A stretch of DNA of 63,999 bases, counting the filler, from Sphacelaria rigidula (Eukaryota), in the NCBI GenBank assembly GCA_964200075.2. It is 4 parts of 4 records of this genome, joined end to end, with 100 filler letters (N's around TTAATTAATTAA, not from the genome) between each part and the next. Parts side by side here need not be neighbours in the genome. Positions count along the whole stretch, not along the records: positions 1 to 15,966 come from CAXNAA020001537.1; 3 more parts are not named here. One strand, 5' to 3'. Shown here in pieces: positions 1 to 13,336 of the stretch. A model generated the notes under the pieces. It was not told where the DNA came from. It did no database searches and saw only the letters and a program-made list of their open reading frames with translations. How positions within the stretch are numbered: position 1 is the stretch's first letter; each line of letters starts with the position of its first letter. The translations under genes were made by a program, and so were the position numbers.

Positions 1-222
1 AGGGATGCGAGGTCAATGGTCTTATGACTATGGCATGCATGATCATGAGTACACCCCCCCCCTCCGCCTGGGTGAGCTCAGTACGAGTATTACAGTGAAT
101 AAACGTGGGTCCAAACGCTTTGTGGGGGTATTTTGGGTCAAATGAGAGATGTACCAACCCCCATTCCTCTCTCTCCTCCTTCCACGCCCACCGACCCCAT
201 CCGTCATCATGCACGCACACAG

Positions 223-1292
223 GATTGCGATGGAGGCCTTCGACAATGGCTCCTTATCGCAGTGTGCGTCACCGCAGTGTGTGGGATATTAGGCGCAGTG
301 TTCCACGGCAAGGGTGACGGCACACGACCATCTCGATTCTTGGATGATGACGAAGATGATGAGTACCCACCAAACTCGGGCGCGGTACCTGCAATGGGAT
401 TGAATCTGGGTCCCATGGAAGGGTCGCCAAATGGCGACCGCAACAATGGGGTAACCGCGGGGGGAACGAGCTTGCCCACCTTGGCGGAGGAGGGCGGAGT
501 GTCGCCGTTGCCGGGGGGGTCGGTAGCGTCGGACTTGCCGGGTTCTTGTGGAAGCTCCGTCACATCGTAAGTCTTTTGCTGTCTGAGAGGGGAACAAGGG
601 AGCGGGGGTGCGTAGATTAGTCGCTGTTAGCAAGTGGACTCTGTCTCTTTCCTTCAACACGGTGGCCTCGTGGCACGAGCTATATTGTGAAGTCATGGTT
701 CCCCCTTACCCCCCCCCCCCCAATATATATATATATATATATATCGCGTTTTTGGAACCCCGTTTCTTTTCGCTGCTCTCATACCCGTTGCACCCTTCAT
801 ATATTGAACGGGGGAGGGGGTCTTGGATGTTATGAGGACATGCACGAAGAGTGACTTGCCACACTTTGCCTGAAGAATCGAACCCAAAAAATGTCACTGG
901 TAACGGTATTTTGTGCCGATGTGACGTAGCGTCCGCCCGAATAACCACAACGCAGTACTTGTCTGCGGGAGGGACGCATTTCTTGTCGTGTATTGCAGTT
1001 GTATGTCCGTTCCTTACATGTACCCTTGCGAGCTTGTTTGCGCTGTACATAGACATGCTTCATAGCCACGTAGATTTGATGACACACGTGTTTTCCAGTC
1101 ATATGCACGATGCCGGTGGAGCTCAGTCGATGTCCCTCCTGTTTTGATGAAAATGTCGAAGCTTTTTTTTCAAACCAAGGGCAGGTAGCTGGACCCCATG
1201 TTCGCGCAAATTAGGGGGGTTCAACAATGGAACGGAGCGAAACGTGCAGCCACAGCACAGCTGAAGAGTCCCTGTCTGATTCGTCAATTGCC

Positions 1293-1334
<42 letters not shown>

Positions 1335-4300
1335 TGTGTGTGCTTGCCGTCCATCATTAATCGCCCCCTGCATCAACAGGCGACGAGAAAGCTCCGTATC
1401 GGCACAGCTAGCGTTACGTGCTTCCTCTTCTCTTCAGCGGCAATACTTTGGAACGGGCCCCAAGGTGCGCGTTTGGATCAACCACGCGCACGAGGGATGA
1501 TTTGGGGGGGGGGCATTCGGGGACGCGTGGTGTCCGAAATATTCCTGTGAAGTAACCTTTTTACGATTTGTAAAATTAGAACAGCATCGTTCTAATTTAC
1601 TTCTCATTTCATTTTATGTTTCATGTATTTTTTTCATTAATTTCATTTTTTTGTGAAAAGGTGATTCCTTGACAGACACTTCTTTGGGGTTTTGTGGGGA
1701 AATTTTTTATGCGGGCTAGCGGTTGGAATATTGCCTTTTAAAGTTAAGGCACGCACTTTTTACGTGTGTACATCCTTCCTTCCACAAACCGGCGCACGAA
1801 ATTTTCCGTGAGTGTTCCACTTCACTGCAGAGGATATCCACCATTGTTTTTGGCTCCTACCATTTCGGTGGGATCCGAGATTCGAAGCCAGGACCTTCCG
1901 CTCGTGAAGCGTACAAACTATCTCATGGTGTCGCCAGTGTGAAGAGGTGATTTTTCTTGACCAACACTTGTGGGAATTTGTCCCTTTTATGTGGTGGTTC
2001 CCTCAATTTACTTTTTTGCCCTTCAGTGTCTTGATTTGGCTTGTTTTTTTTGCTTGCCACCCGCGTACTAATGACCCGAGCGCATCAACCCGGATCGTCA
2101 CCCCCGTACTGTCAACCCTGGGGATTGTCATCCTCCAAGCCCCAGTCCGGACTATCGCCAAACTCATCACACTCAGAGTGCACCATCATGCACCCATCGT
2201 CTGTCAGTTCATATCTTGTCCCGATCCTCGTTTCGCCAGACTTACCAGGCTAAGTCCACGTCGCGTTTACACACCCACCCTCCGCCCGTCCTGGGTTGGA
2301 TAGGCCTGCACTGTTTTATCATACATGCTTTGGTTTTGTTATTATCATCAAGTTTTGAACGCACAAGTGGCCCCATGCTCTCGCCCGGGTGATGCGCGCA
2401 TTCGTTACGGACCTGCCCATATTTTTTTCCTGTGCGGTATGTCCGGATGTGGAAATATAACCATCAATAATCGGAAATACGCTCAAGCGATCATACATGA
2501 AAAGGGGAAGCATCAGAAGGCCACTTTGTCACGACCCCGCCATAAGAACCGTTGGCTGCCGCATAGTTATCCCGCAAGTTGCGGCGGGAGAACGGTGTGA
2601 CGTGGCGGGTGCGGTCCGTTCAGTGAGAAACCGCGCTTGTGGTGGTGCTTTTGCTGCGAGGATAAGGTCGGGTTGCGTCACGGCTGCGTCTCGTGGTCTC
2701 TTTCGATGGTCTTGGACGCTCTTGAAATGCGAAGATGGAGAACAACGCGAGCACGGTGGTGCTAGTTTACTGGCGGACATGGGGGCACAATCGCAACAGA
2801 AGACTTGATCCCCTATATATATTACGAATAGTACTGTAAACGCGGAAATTTTGAGGAGATAAATGACGTGTTGTTGCTGAAACTCTCCAAGAAGCAATGG
2901 CAGCTGGTGGGTGCTGTAGATCCATGAATAAATGGAGGCAGGGTACAAGAGCCGTCAATATATCTATATATGTGTGTGTTGCTTGTTTCATTGTAATCTT
3001 CATATCGCGAGTACTGCGTGAACGTTGGATGAATGTGTACATATGTCTAACCGTTGTGTCATGCGCCGAAGTGTAATGAGTTCCACGCTTGTCATGTGAA
3101 TTTTACATTTCGCTTGGCAGGTATTCCCGGATGCTATCTTCTTAGTATTGGTCCTCAGTCAGTGGTTTATGGCAGCGTGGAGCGTTGTGGGAGCGATATT
3201 GTATTTCCGACTGTTCGAGGCGGACAGAACGTGCTCACGTGAGTTGTCATGCATACTTTTTTTTTTCACTCTTCTTCCCTGTCGCTTCTTTGGTGGACCG
3301 TCTTTTCGCCAAGAAAGTATATTGCATGAGTCTTCGTTGAAGGTAGCGCGCCAATATCATGCGCCCACGTCAATGTGGGTATATTTGATATGACGTCTTG
3401 AGATAGCCCCTTAGCCCATGCATTTTTGTTCCCCTCCAGAACGGCTTGAAAAAATGGACTTGGTCTTGGTGTGTTTTCGTGTTTTTCTGCTCACTGGACT
3501 CGAATCGTTATGTGACAGGGGGGTATAGACTCCATCGTTACCAGATGGAAGGTTCATGGGTGTGACGGATACTGACACACTGGTGTACATGTATTTCTAC
3601 GCGGTGAAGCGCTGTCGAGTTACGGACATGTGGCTAAATATCCACTACAAGGTCAATTTGTTTTCGTACTCTTCACTACCTCAAGCAACGCAGTAACGTA
3701 CCCCCCCCCCCCGGCAACAGTTTGTGTCGAAAGATGCCTCCCCATTCTACCGTGCGACGGTTTCGAGGTAGCTGTAGCGTGCCAGAGCGTGCAGCATAGA
3801 TGGTCGCGTAACTTGTTTCATTCTCTTACATGCCGAGTAGTGGTACAGGTACATGGATGAAGAGGAAAGTCGAATATGTAGGATGAAATCAGGGGGGGGG
3901 CAAGTTACACGCTCATGGCAATCGATCCACCTGGACGAATGCCTGGTGCCATAATGCGCGGAAAGTCAAACATCAGTCCACCGTGAATTGTAACCCGATG
4001 GAAAGGGTAATATGCCAGAAGTTTCTGTCGAGGACCCATCACCTAGTCACATTGGCGGCAGCTTTGAGATTCGAAGAGGCTAATGCGAGTACAAGTTCGA
4101 ACAGGTGACACCTCCTCGACAGGCACCTTGTTGCAACTCAACCTGTTTCGGAGGATCGCACCCACCGGCCCACGTTGGGGTTGAACCGATATTTGGTGTG
4201 GGGTGCAACTGTTGGGGAAAAATATCACAAGAAGCACGGGCTGCGTGAGACGGGCAATCACGATTCCAACCGTTCGTTCGTCTTAACAAAAAGCCATGAT

Positions 4301-5455
4301 TGTCTCTGTGTCGCTCATGTCTCAGGATTTTGCCAAGAGTGATACAGTGAACGTCTTAAAATTTTCTGTTTGCCTCGTTTTTCTCCGCCCTTATGTCAAG
4401 TATGCACCCTCCGAATCATCTTCGACAAGTTTCCGTGATTGGAGGTCCCTAGTCTCACTCCGTGCACGCTGTGCCTCGTGAAGCGCAATTTGGGGCGAGC
4501 GATTATTGTCTTTGCGTTGCTCTCCACACCCCAGGCCTATCGAATCGCGCGCGCCGCGTTGATGCCCTGCCACCGCCCCTTCCCCCCCCACGAACTGCTC
4601 TATTTCTCTCGCGTTGGACTAACGAACAGCATTACTACGGCATTGGACGCTGCTTGTGGTCATCATCGGGTTCCTGTCGTGCTTGTTAACCGTTTGCTGT
4701 GAGTATATGCCCATTTAGCCCCTGTATGATTGACACGCCTTCACACCGTAGACCCCAGTTCACTTTGTTTCATGTGTAGTTTTTGCATTGGTGGGTGATG
4801 AGCACGCGCGTGGATTGATGGACGTTGAAGTTTTGGGTTGGTAGGATATTGATTGCCTTCGGCTTTATGCGCGGGCCACGTGCGCTGTAGTGCGAAATTT
4901 TGAGAGATCCTGCGGTACAAAAAATGTGGGGAGGCGGCCTGGACCGTTTGTGACCCGAAGAAGCCACGCAAGACGTTGCATAAGGCTATGTAGATGAACG
5001 TGGACTGCTGTCTTGATGTCCGTAATCGCCGATACGTTGGTAGGCTGGCGATGCGTTGCCCCACGAGATATGAGCGTAAATAATTGCCTCGCTTGTAGCT
5101 CACACGCTGCCAACCCCCTCGTTACGGACAGTATTTGACACCTCGCCTGCCGTGAGATGGTGGCTTCGGTGAGGGCCTTCGGGGCTCGTCGTGGTACTTT
5201 GGGCATCTTGTTTCTTGCAGGGAGATTTTTTAGGCAGAACTTGAACGTTACAAAGCCTACGGCAGGGGTTCGGAACGACTCCACCAGTGCCTCGGTGGCC
5301 TGAGAGTTTGCGCTGATGTTGATAGCGTCGTGCCTGCTGTTTTGGATATTTATATCTAGTAAGGTCCCCACCTGACGCCAACTTGAAATCGGGCTCGCCG
5401 CTGCCTTGCTCAACCTTTGGCGTACCCTCCCTGCCTTGCCTGTGCTGTGCGTGCG

Positions 5456-5493
<38 letters not shown>

Positions 5494-5840
5494 CCCTTCT
5501 CTTCTTTTTTTTTTCNNNNNNNNNNCGTGGACCCGGGGCCCCCCCCGCCCTGCCCCCCCCTTGGGCGCCCCCCCCCCCCCGCCCGGGGCTGGGGGGCCCC
5601 CCCCCCCCCCCCCCCCCCGCGCGCGCGTCTTCTATTTTTTTATTTTACGCAAAACAACACGCACATCTGCACGAACAAGACTCTGGAATCATGTGCTACA
5701 TGATGGGCAGCCCGTTCAAGAACGGGCAACACCGGAGTGATCACAGCTGCCAACAACATAACGGATTCGGTTCAGACATTGCGTCGGGCAGTGATATCAG
5801 TGAGAGTAGCACTACCGCTAAGGGGGTTGGTATGATGTGA
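223..5840 (+). CDS. Multi-exon, 5'-truncated multi-pass membrane protein (TMEM272-like / RING-E3-type TM module); exons 223-566, 2624-2666, 3121-3238, 4630-4698, 5680-5840
   Basis: Five AG/GT-bounded segments with compatible phases (0-2, 2-0, 0-1, 1-1, 1-stop) total 735 nt. They encode DCDGGLRQWLLIAVCVTAVCGILGAVF...FLVLVLSQWFMAAWSVVGAILYF...TCSPLLRHWTLLVVIIGFLSCLLTVCYSGIMC, i.e. three hydrophobic helices with a C..L..WL / W..VG....C.P.L pattern. Family call is from motif memory only. Confidence 0.6.
723..744. repeat. (AT)n microsatellite
   Basis: Seen directly. Confidence 0.9.
1294..1342. repeat. (GT)n microsatellite
   Basis: Seen directly. Confidence 0.9.
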
Positions 5841-8800
5841 AAATGTACATATATATTTAAGATGTTTTTTGTGTTACAACACATTGGCCAACTATCTTAC
5901 TGTGATTTTGGGGTCTGTTTTCTCTCTTTCTGTTTGTGTTACCTTTTGCACGTTTTCTTTTTCTCTTCCCGCTGTGCTCCCCACGCCGGAAAAAGTGGAT
6001 ATGATGCATCGTTTGCTTGTTGGTGTGTATATGTCGGAGTATATTTCGATCTTTTTCGCGCACGCAAGCAATGGGATTGGAGTGGAACAAGCAGTGTGTA
6101 TGCGGTTGAACCTCGCCATTGTTCCATCCCGTTTATTACTGCTGCGGCTGATTTTTCGCCGCCACTGCTGCTTTGCTATTGCACACGCGCAAGGAATGGG
6201 GATAGATATTAGCATACGTTGTGGAAAAAAGGAAGAGTAACGTTCTCTACGGTTGAGGAGTGTTCCAGTTGGCTGCAAGAAAATATCTTGAAAGGGTGCA
6301 CCAGTGTGCGTGCGAGCGAATCAAGTAGTGCCCATGGCGTTTATGTTGAATCTCTCTCATCGAGTTGAAAGGTACCGTGAGACGCGTCCTCGAATCAACT
6401 TCGGAAGTCAAATCGCGAACGGCGCGGTAGTAAAGTAGGGGACGCGATCGGGGGCTCAATCTGCAGTCAGGGTTTTTGCTGACAACGCCATGAGTGCAGA
6501 GCATGGTAACTTCTTGGAAGACATACGTGAAGGGTGTGGAGCGTTGGACTTCATTGTTTTGTGCTTGATGTATGTGAGTGTGTTCGTGTGTGCGGCTTCC
6601 TGAGTGGCATGTGGCACCGGACGCCAAACACGCCGTACGAGAGATGAAATTGCAAGTTGTCGTGGTCGACCCGGGGACGGAGCGCGTTGATTGTATCAGT
6701 TTACATCCGGAGCATGACAAAAGAAGGATTTCAGATAGACGTAAGGGCTGGCGCACAAGAAAATAAGCGCCGTACGGTAAAATGTGGTGGTTTATGAGGT
6801 ATTGGTGGGGCTGCGGTCATGGAATCGCCGCGTGTTGTGTTGCCGTGTGGAGCAGCCTGTCGAGTGTGTGCTGTGTTTGTTGTGTCCACCCTCGATGGCT
6901 GATGAGGGGGCGTTTTTTTTCCTTCTTGTTGAATACTTGTTGTGTTTCCGTTAAATATGTATACCTGAGGTTGGGTGTGGAGTTGTGCATGTGTGTTTTG
7001 TGTACAGACAATCGAGGTTAACGGCTCGCGTGCGTTGCGCGGCGGGTGCGTGTGCGTGTGCACCCTTGTATTCTATATTCAGGTTTCATGTGTGTTGCTT
7101 CCGACCTAGTCATGTGTGCGTCATTTATGGTCGATGCATGCGGTCACCATTTGCGAATGGCGTGCGTAGGAGATTTAAGAGTTGGCGTACTTGTCTTTAC
7201 CGAGTCGCCGCCCACCAAGGCACCCTGTACCCTCAATAACCGCTTCTGCCTCGCAAAAGAGCGATGACGCCACATATGGGGGCACGCACGGGTAGCGTGT
7301 AATGATCCGATATGTGCTGCGTTTGTGTTCACAACGATAGAATCTCTATACAGACGCGAAAATGTATTTTATTGAAGGAGAGCTCAACAGAAAATGTGAG
7401 TTTCATTTGTTGCATCTCAATTGAACCCTATCACGGTTCGGCACACGCACGTATATCATATGAGTTGATGCTGCGCAGGTTTCATGCACGTTGTGCGAGG
7501 AAGATCTTGCTTTAATTCCGTTACTGGCGGAATGAATGTGTGGGTTTTGGACTTGCTTCACTCAGAGGTCCTCTCTACAGTAGTGTTTACCCATCTCCAC
7601 GTGCACGATCATCTCGTGAAGTGATTCCAACTACTTCCCAAGGGGGGGCGGGGGAGGTGGTGAAGGGGGAGCTACGATGTCCCGAGATTCCAGTATACTG
7701 GCACCTGTGGGCCCCCTACAGAGAAACGTGCGTCGTGGCACGGTCGAAAGGGTCGTGTCATTTTTTTTCTTGTCTTGACTTCAGCAATTTTGGGGTGCGA
7801 GAAAATGTGGGCATAGACTAGGGAGTAGGGGAAGGGAATATATATATATAGCAAAACTGCACTTGAGACTCGAAATGCAAGATTTGCGATCGAGTCTTCT
7901 TCCATAGCGTGCTTTCGTGTGCGTTGGAGGTTCCAAGTCTACACTTCCCGCACCTGCCTGCGGCGGGAGTTGAGAAAACGGGCTTGAGCGCAGAATCAAA
8001 TAATGAAGAAAAAAAAAAACATCTCGAAAGAAGCTTTATAATCACCGTGCAAAGAAGAGGAGTTGATGAGCAGCAGGGCGTTGCACCACGACATATTGTT
8101 GTCCTCCACATGTCGTGCACGCGCACACACGCAACCTCGCCTTCACAGAAAAGCCCGATCACATCATGCGATGTACCATTGATAGACGTCAGCGCGGGTA
8201 ATAGCAAGTGAGGACGGTGTCCTCGACAACGAACGAGATTCAACCTTGATGCAACCAATAACGGCTGGAACATTTCTCAGTGCCTGCACTCCCCCTCCGC
8301 CCTGTTTGATCTTGAAGAAGAAAAGGTGGCATCGGCCGACAATCACCATGGAGCAACATGAGGGATTTGCAATCATCGCGGTCAACTCACCCATTTCCCG
8401 AAACAGAGCACATCCTTGCTCGGAGTCCAAAAGCATACTCTTAACATATGAGCAACCTCAGCTTGCCAAAGTTCGGAGTGCCCCCTCCATCAAGTCCTGA
8501 CGAAGACTTGTGCAAAAAACATGTTGGGATTGATGCCCTTATATTCCGGCAGAAATGATCGCCGCTGAATCGCCGAAAGGGTAGGTAGTAGGTAGTGTTG
8601 TTGGTGTTTCTCAAGACTTTTCCTCGTACCACGAGAAGGATACTACCACGGCTGTGTATCACAATCATTGTTATTTGTTTGCCTGTCCACTTCATGGCGT
8701 CTTATCTTTGGGGTGGTGGTGAAAAACGTGAGACTATCCCCCGCGTAAACTGTTTTTTCTTTTATCGTATTTTTACTCTGTTTCTCTTTGTGATTTTTTG

Positions 8801-10140
8801 CCGTTCGTAAAATCGAAAATGACTGAAGATTATGTGTTTAATTCAATGCGACTGTCAAATTCAATGCGCTCAGCCGTAATGCGGGCGATACGACAGGCTG
8901 GCACAAATCAGACACGAGCGGTAGTACCTCTATAGCTTCCGTGGAAGCTAGGAAGCTTCTGGTGGCTACATATTCGACCCTTTAATTCTTGAAACAGCCT
9001 GCACTCTCCTCTTTTACACCGAGTGTACGTAGGCTGTCTACTACTCTTGTGCCGCCTAGCGCCGTGCTCTACTGTTGTTGAACCTTGGACGGCTTGTTTG
9101 ATGGCTCCACTGGCAGATTCATCGGCTGACAATGGCCATGTGGCACAGGGCCAGACCATGAACAGGTGAGATTAACGTGCATAGAGCTTGATCACGAGGG
9201 AATTTTGTGCAGTGAAGATGGGTTTGTTGGTTTAGTTGTAGCACTTCAACTTGTGAACTGGTTACTTTCTGGTCGATACTGGATACTCCTATAGATTTTT
9301 TGAATTTATATTTAGAATTTATTAGGTTTTTCGGCTTCTGGTGAACGTTCAATCACCCCACAATTTTGGATCGATGTCCAACAACGTTTTTGTGATATTT
9401 AGAGGAGAGCGCTGATTGAGAGTGGCTTTGATCATTCGCTTTAACCTCACCATTTTTTCATACCGTGTGTGCTTTTTTTTGCCGCCATCACTGGCGTGTG
9501 CTTACTGCTACAGATCGATATCCTAATCAGGGATATCAAGGGCCTCAGTGGCGAGCATACCGGGCCTCGTGAAGTGTCATTTCGGAACTGAAACGGTTCA
9601 TTCACCAGTTGACCGCTTCCCACTCTCAATCGCATCCTCCACTATAGGTCTAACGAAAGCATTGTTGTACGTAGTATCAAGCACTCGACGCAGATTCCGA
9701 AAGGATGAACTATTAACTGTTTCCAGGTTCAATTTCTAAGGACGCTTCCAACGTTTCTTATGAAACAATCCAATCTATGGTGTCCGTCTTTTTAATTAAA
9801 CTACGCTCAGTAACCTCCCCCCCGCCCCCCACCCCACCCCGTACGCGGGTTCTTCCCGAGATTGCCCTGGCAACATAGAAGTGGGAAACATTTCCGGTGA
9901 AGGAGGTATTTGCCATGAGCAACCCGTTCCTTCCATCATTATCTTCCAGTTTTGAAAATTTTGAGTGAAGATGGAGGTCTGGGGAATTTCACGACTGTAA
10001 GCAGCATACTATCAATCTGTAGGGGGCATGCTTTTGCAACGGCTAGCTTATACCACATCAATTCCAATAAAGTGCACCCTGTACCTATGAGGCCGCTTTT
10101 CGTAGTAATAAAATGTACTCTCTGAAAACTTCCATTTTTT

Positions 10141-10532
10141 AGCCTTTCATGGCGGATTTTTGGCGGAATACGGGCCTTAGTGGATGAAGCCCCCTCTGAA
10201 AGATTCGCGGTGTCTTCCAAGGGGATTCTAGCGCACTTTTCCGATTTTCCGTACGCTCAGTTTTACTATTGGCCTGATCCCCGTTTTTTCAGTCGCCCCA
10301 AAACATCTTCGAGTTGTTGGGATAACTCTCCGGAAAAAACACGTACTATTTCTCGACAACTCAAAGATTGTTGGGGCGACTGAAAAAATCGGGAATGCGG
10401 TCAAAAGCAAAACTGGGCGTACGAAAAATCGGAAAAGCACGCCAGAATCCTCGTGGAAAACATGTCTTTTCTTTCAGAGGAGGTCTATTCCGCCAAGGTC
10501 CGTCTTCCGCCAAAAATCTGCCATGCAAGGCT
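10141..10532. mobile_element. Foldback/MITE-like palindromic element (~390 bp)
   Basis: AGCCTTTCATGGCGGATTTTTGGCGGAATACGGGCCTT pairs with AAGGTCCGTCTTCCGCCAAAAATCTGCCATGCAAGGCT. Inverted symmetry continues inward to about 10320/10350. Confidence 0.8.
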
Positions 10533-12954
10533 CAAATAGGCAGTTCTCAGAGTCCGTTTTCTGATTATAAGAAGCGGCCTGAGTAACGCTTGTTGATCCG
10601 TGCGGCGTGGTTGTTGTGAAAAACGTACACATATGAGAAGAGTGTTGCTTGTTATATCGAGGTGCCGCTCATCGCGGTTGCCGTGTTCATTGTCTGTTAG
10701 AAGGACAGGTATATGCTTGATGGTAAAGGTGATACTATCACGATCGTGCGCAGTGCTACTCGCTGTCGAGTCTGGCTGTACTTGGTGTGGTGAAAGGGCT
10801 GCTGTTAAAAAGCGAGGGAAAACATCGCCCTGCTGGATGATCCCGTTTATGGTTCCTAGGGCCCGTTTTAGATGTGTCATGTCTTGAACTGTATTAGGGT
10901 ATGTCCCCGGAGGAAAAAACAAGGTGGATTTTTCCCACATGCTGTTGGCCCGAGGCTCTGAAGACCAACTGCTTTCATTTCGATTTTTCACAGCCCTGTG
11001 AAGATCCAACCGACACCTCCAACCGACACCTCCAAATCGAAAAGTTCAACAGTTTTATCGACATCTCTAGATGAGCAGTTTGGTAAAGCTCTTGCGCTGA
11101 TAAGAGACACTTGGGCATCTACAGGCTGGTCCTACTCCCTGAGACAAAGGAAGTGACTGGCAATTTCTTGCTCGAGATTTTACGGTTGAGGACCTGAAAT
11201 TGCAGGAAGAGATGTGGATCTACCGTTCGACTGAATCTCACAAAGAATATACCACCCCTATCTGCAGAATATATTCAAAAACATGTGAAGTCATCACTAA
11301 CGATGGCCTTCGAACAGTCGATTTTTACCTGTCTTTGAAGTTCCAAGTCCGAAGTCTCAACCTCGAGCGAGAAATCTTGCTCAAGTGTTTTTGGCGAGTT
11401 GGGGCAAACTTTGACCCCATTGTATGATGTGTCGGCAAGATCGACTGATTTTCTGCTTATATTTCACTCTTCGAAGAACGCCACAATTCACTGCCTTGCG
11501 AGCTACCTTCGTCAGTACAAGCAGGAATTGGACTTGTTGCGCACGCAACGGCGATGATCCGATCCGAGGATTTTCGCATGGCCACTGGCAAGAGTCTCAA
11601 AACTCCCGTGCTGCACTTCAAGCCTCCATCTCTGTGTCGAACGGAATCGATGTACTCTACCTCACGGCACGCTGTCCTCGGCGTGCGCAGTGCTGCAGGC
11701 TCAACCTCCATTCGTTCCGGCAACACTTTCACACTGCTGTAGGGTCCGACTTTTTTTTCGAACTGAACCATCTCGCCTATGATGCTATCGATGGGCTGAA
11801 AGGGTCTAGGCCTAGCCAAAGTCGTGCGATGTAGTGGGACGCTGCACATGCCGCACGCGGTTCGCAGTTCGTGGCACGCAAGGTGCACGCTCTGATGGCA
11901 GCGTTAACAAAAGGGGCGGAATCTACTTGGTTTTTGCGCCTGACTGTTTGGGGGCGAAGCCGTCCATTTGTTCATAAATTAGCTCGAAAACCTCAAGCAG
12001 TTTACGAATGGCTGATCATAGTGTGCGGCGCACTCGGGGTTACTTGTACGACTGCAGGAGTCCAGGTTGTTGGGCCACGTTTCGCTCGTGCTCATGCTGT
12101 ATGCCCCAGAGACATTTTTTTTTCTATCGGGATGTGGGATCGACCTGTATGCGCGCGGTGAGTACACAGTAGTGAGTAACTGACGCCCGAATCAACAACT
12201 TGAAAACGCTGGTGCACCGGGGTCACAGAGAGTCTATCTCAAGTTTGAGTGTATATCTCGAGGACCCACCGAAGTTGTGCGGCGGTGCCCCAGCGGATAC
12301 GGAGTATTTTTGCCTGTGAAAAAGCAGGATGAGAAAAGCGGTCAAATCCAAGAAATCGCCTTGAATGCCCCTTGCCCTGAAATATGCCAGCCTTTTCGCT
12401 TGTGTGTGTGGATCGAAGGGGCGTGTCCGCAAGGTCGCACTACTTTTGTTCAAATATTGAAGATGATGCATTTTTCGTGCGCATTCGTGGTGACTGTTCT
12501 GGCGAAGTCATGGGCCACTTTCACCTCTGGTCGCTTCCCTTCTTTCATTTGTTCCGAGCAGCAGCACTGAAATGACGAAGGTGGTTATTCGTTATTGCGT
12601 CACATTGCCGGCGCGCGTGTCTTGTGCGTACAGTAGACATCTTCAGCTGTGCATGTGACGAGTGTGTATCGACGAGAGCAGCAGTCAGGATGACTTCACG
12701 TGAACCAGGGTAAGACTCTCCGATCACAGGAAAGCATATGCTTAGCATTGATGGGTTTTCCGGCTCTGAAATTTTCCGTGCATATCTCACGAGGAAGCCA
12801 TTTCAGAGCGATGTGCCGGTGGCTGTATGTGACGAAACCAAGACATGAAAGCTCCAAAATTTGAATAGGCCGGGGTTAGTCTGACTCACATGGAGCGAGG
12901 TGAGCAGTCTGGGACGGGGTCGCGACCGCTGGGCGAATACGACGTATGTCCTTC

Positions 12955-13336
12955 CCCCCCCCCTTGCGCCTGTGGCAAAACAAAAGAGAGCACAAGTCGT
13001 TTAGTTGCAGAATGTGAAGTATACAAGGAGGAACCGGACGTGCCAGAGGGGGAAATGCGGGACGTGGACGAAGGTGGCATGAAAACGTTTGAAGCTTTAA
13101 ACAGCAGCGAGAAAACGATGGCTATACTAGGAGATAGATGGTGGTCAGAGACGGCGAATCAGGACGGGGATAAGATATGTAAAAGGTTTTTGTGTAGTGT
13201 ATGGAAGAAACGTACTGAGCGCCAGAATGTTAGACGTATCTCTATTGGGAGTAGGAACGGTTCTCCGTCTCGGAAGGGATGCGTGGTCAACGGTCAAACG
13301 ACTAAGGAAAGAAACAAATGAGTACGCCCCCTCTCC
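12955..13336 (+). mobile_element. 5'-truncated non-LTR retrotransposon (LINE) 3' remnant
   Basis: ORF CACGKTKESTSRLVAECEVYKEE...ILGDRWW...FLCSVWKKR resembles the degenerate C-terminal CCHC zinc knuckle and W..R motif of LINE ORF2. It also resembles an abundant brown-algal repeat recalled from memory. Confidence 0.7.

Noticed and set aside
4865-5413. 182-aa antisense ORF in an intron of the membrane-protein gene
   Set aside because: No recognisable motif or splice support, and a TTG start; probably chance or TE debris.
5383-5740. Proline-rich ORFs (also 23095-23596 and 31401-32083)
   Set aside because: They derive from poly-C/G homopolymer runs, two of them next to assembly gaps; low-quality or intronic sequence.
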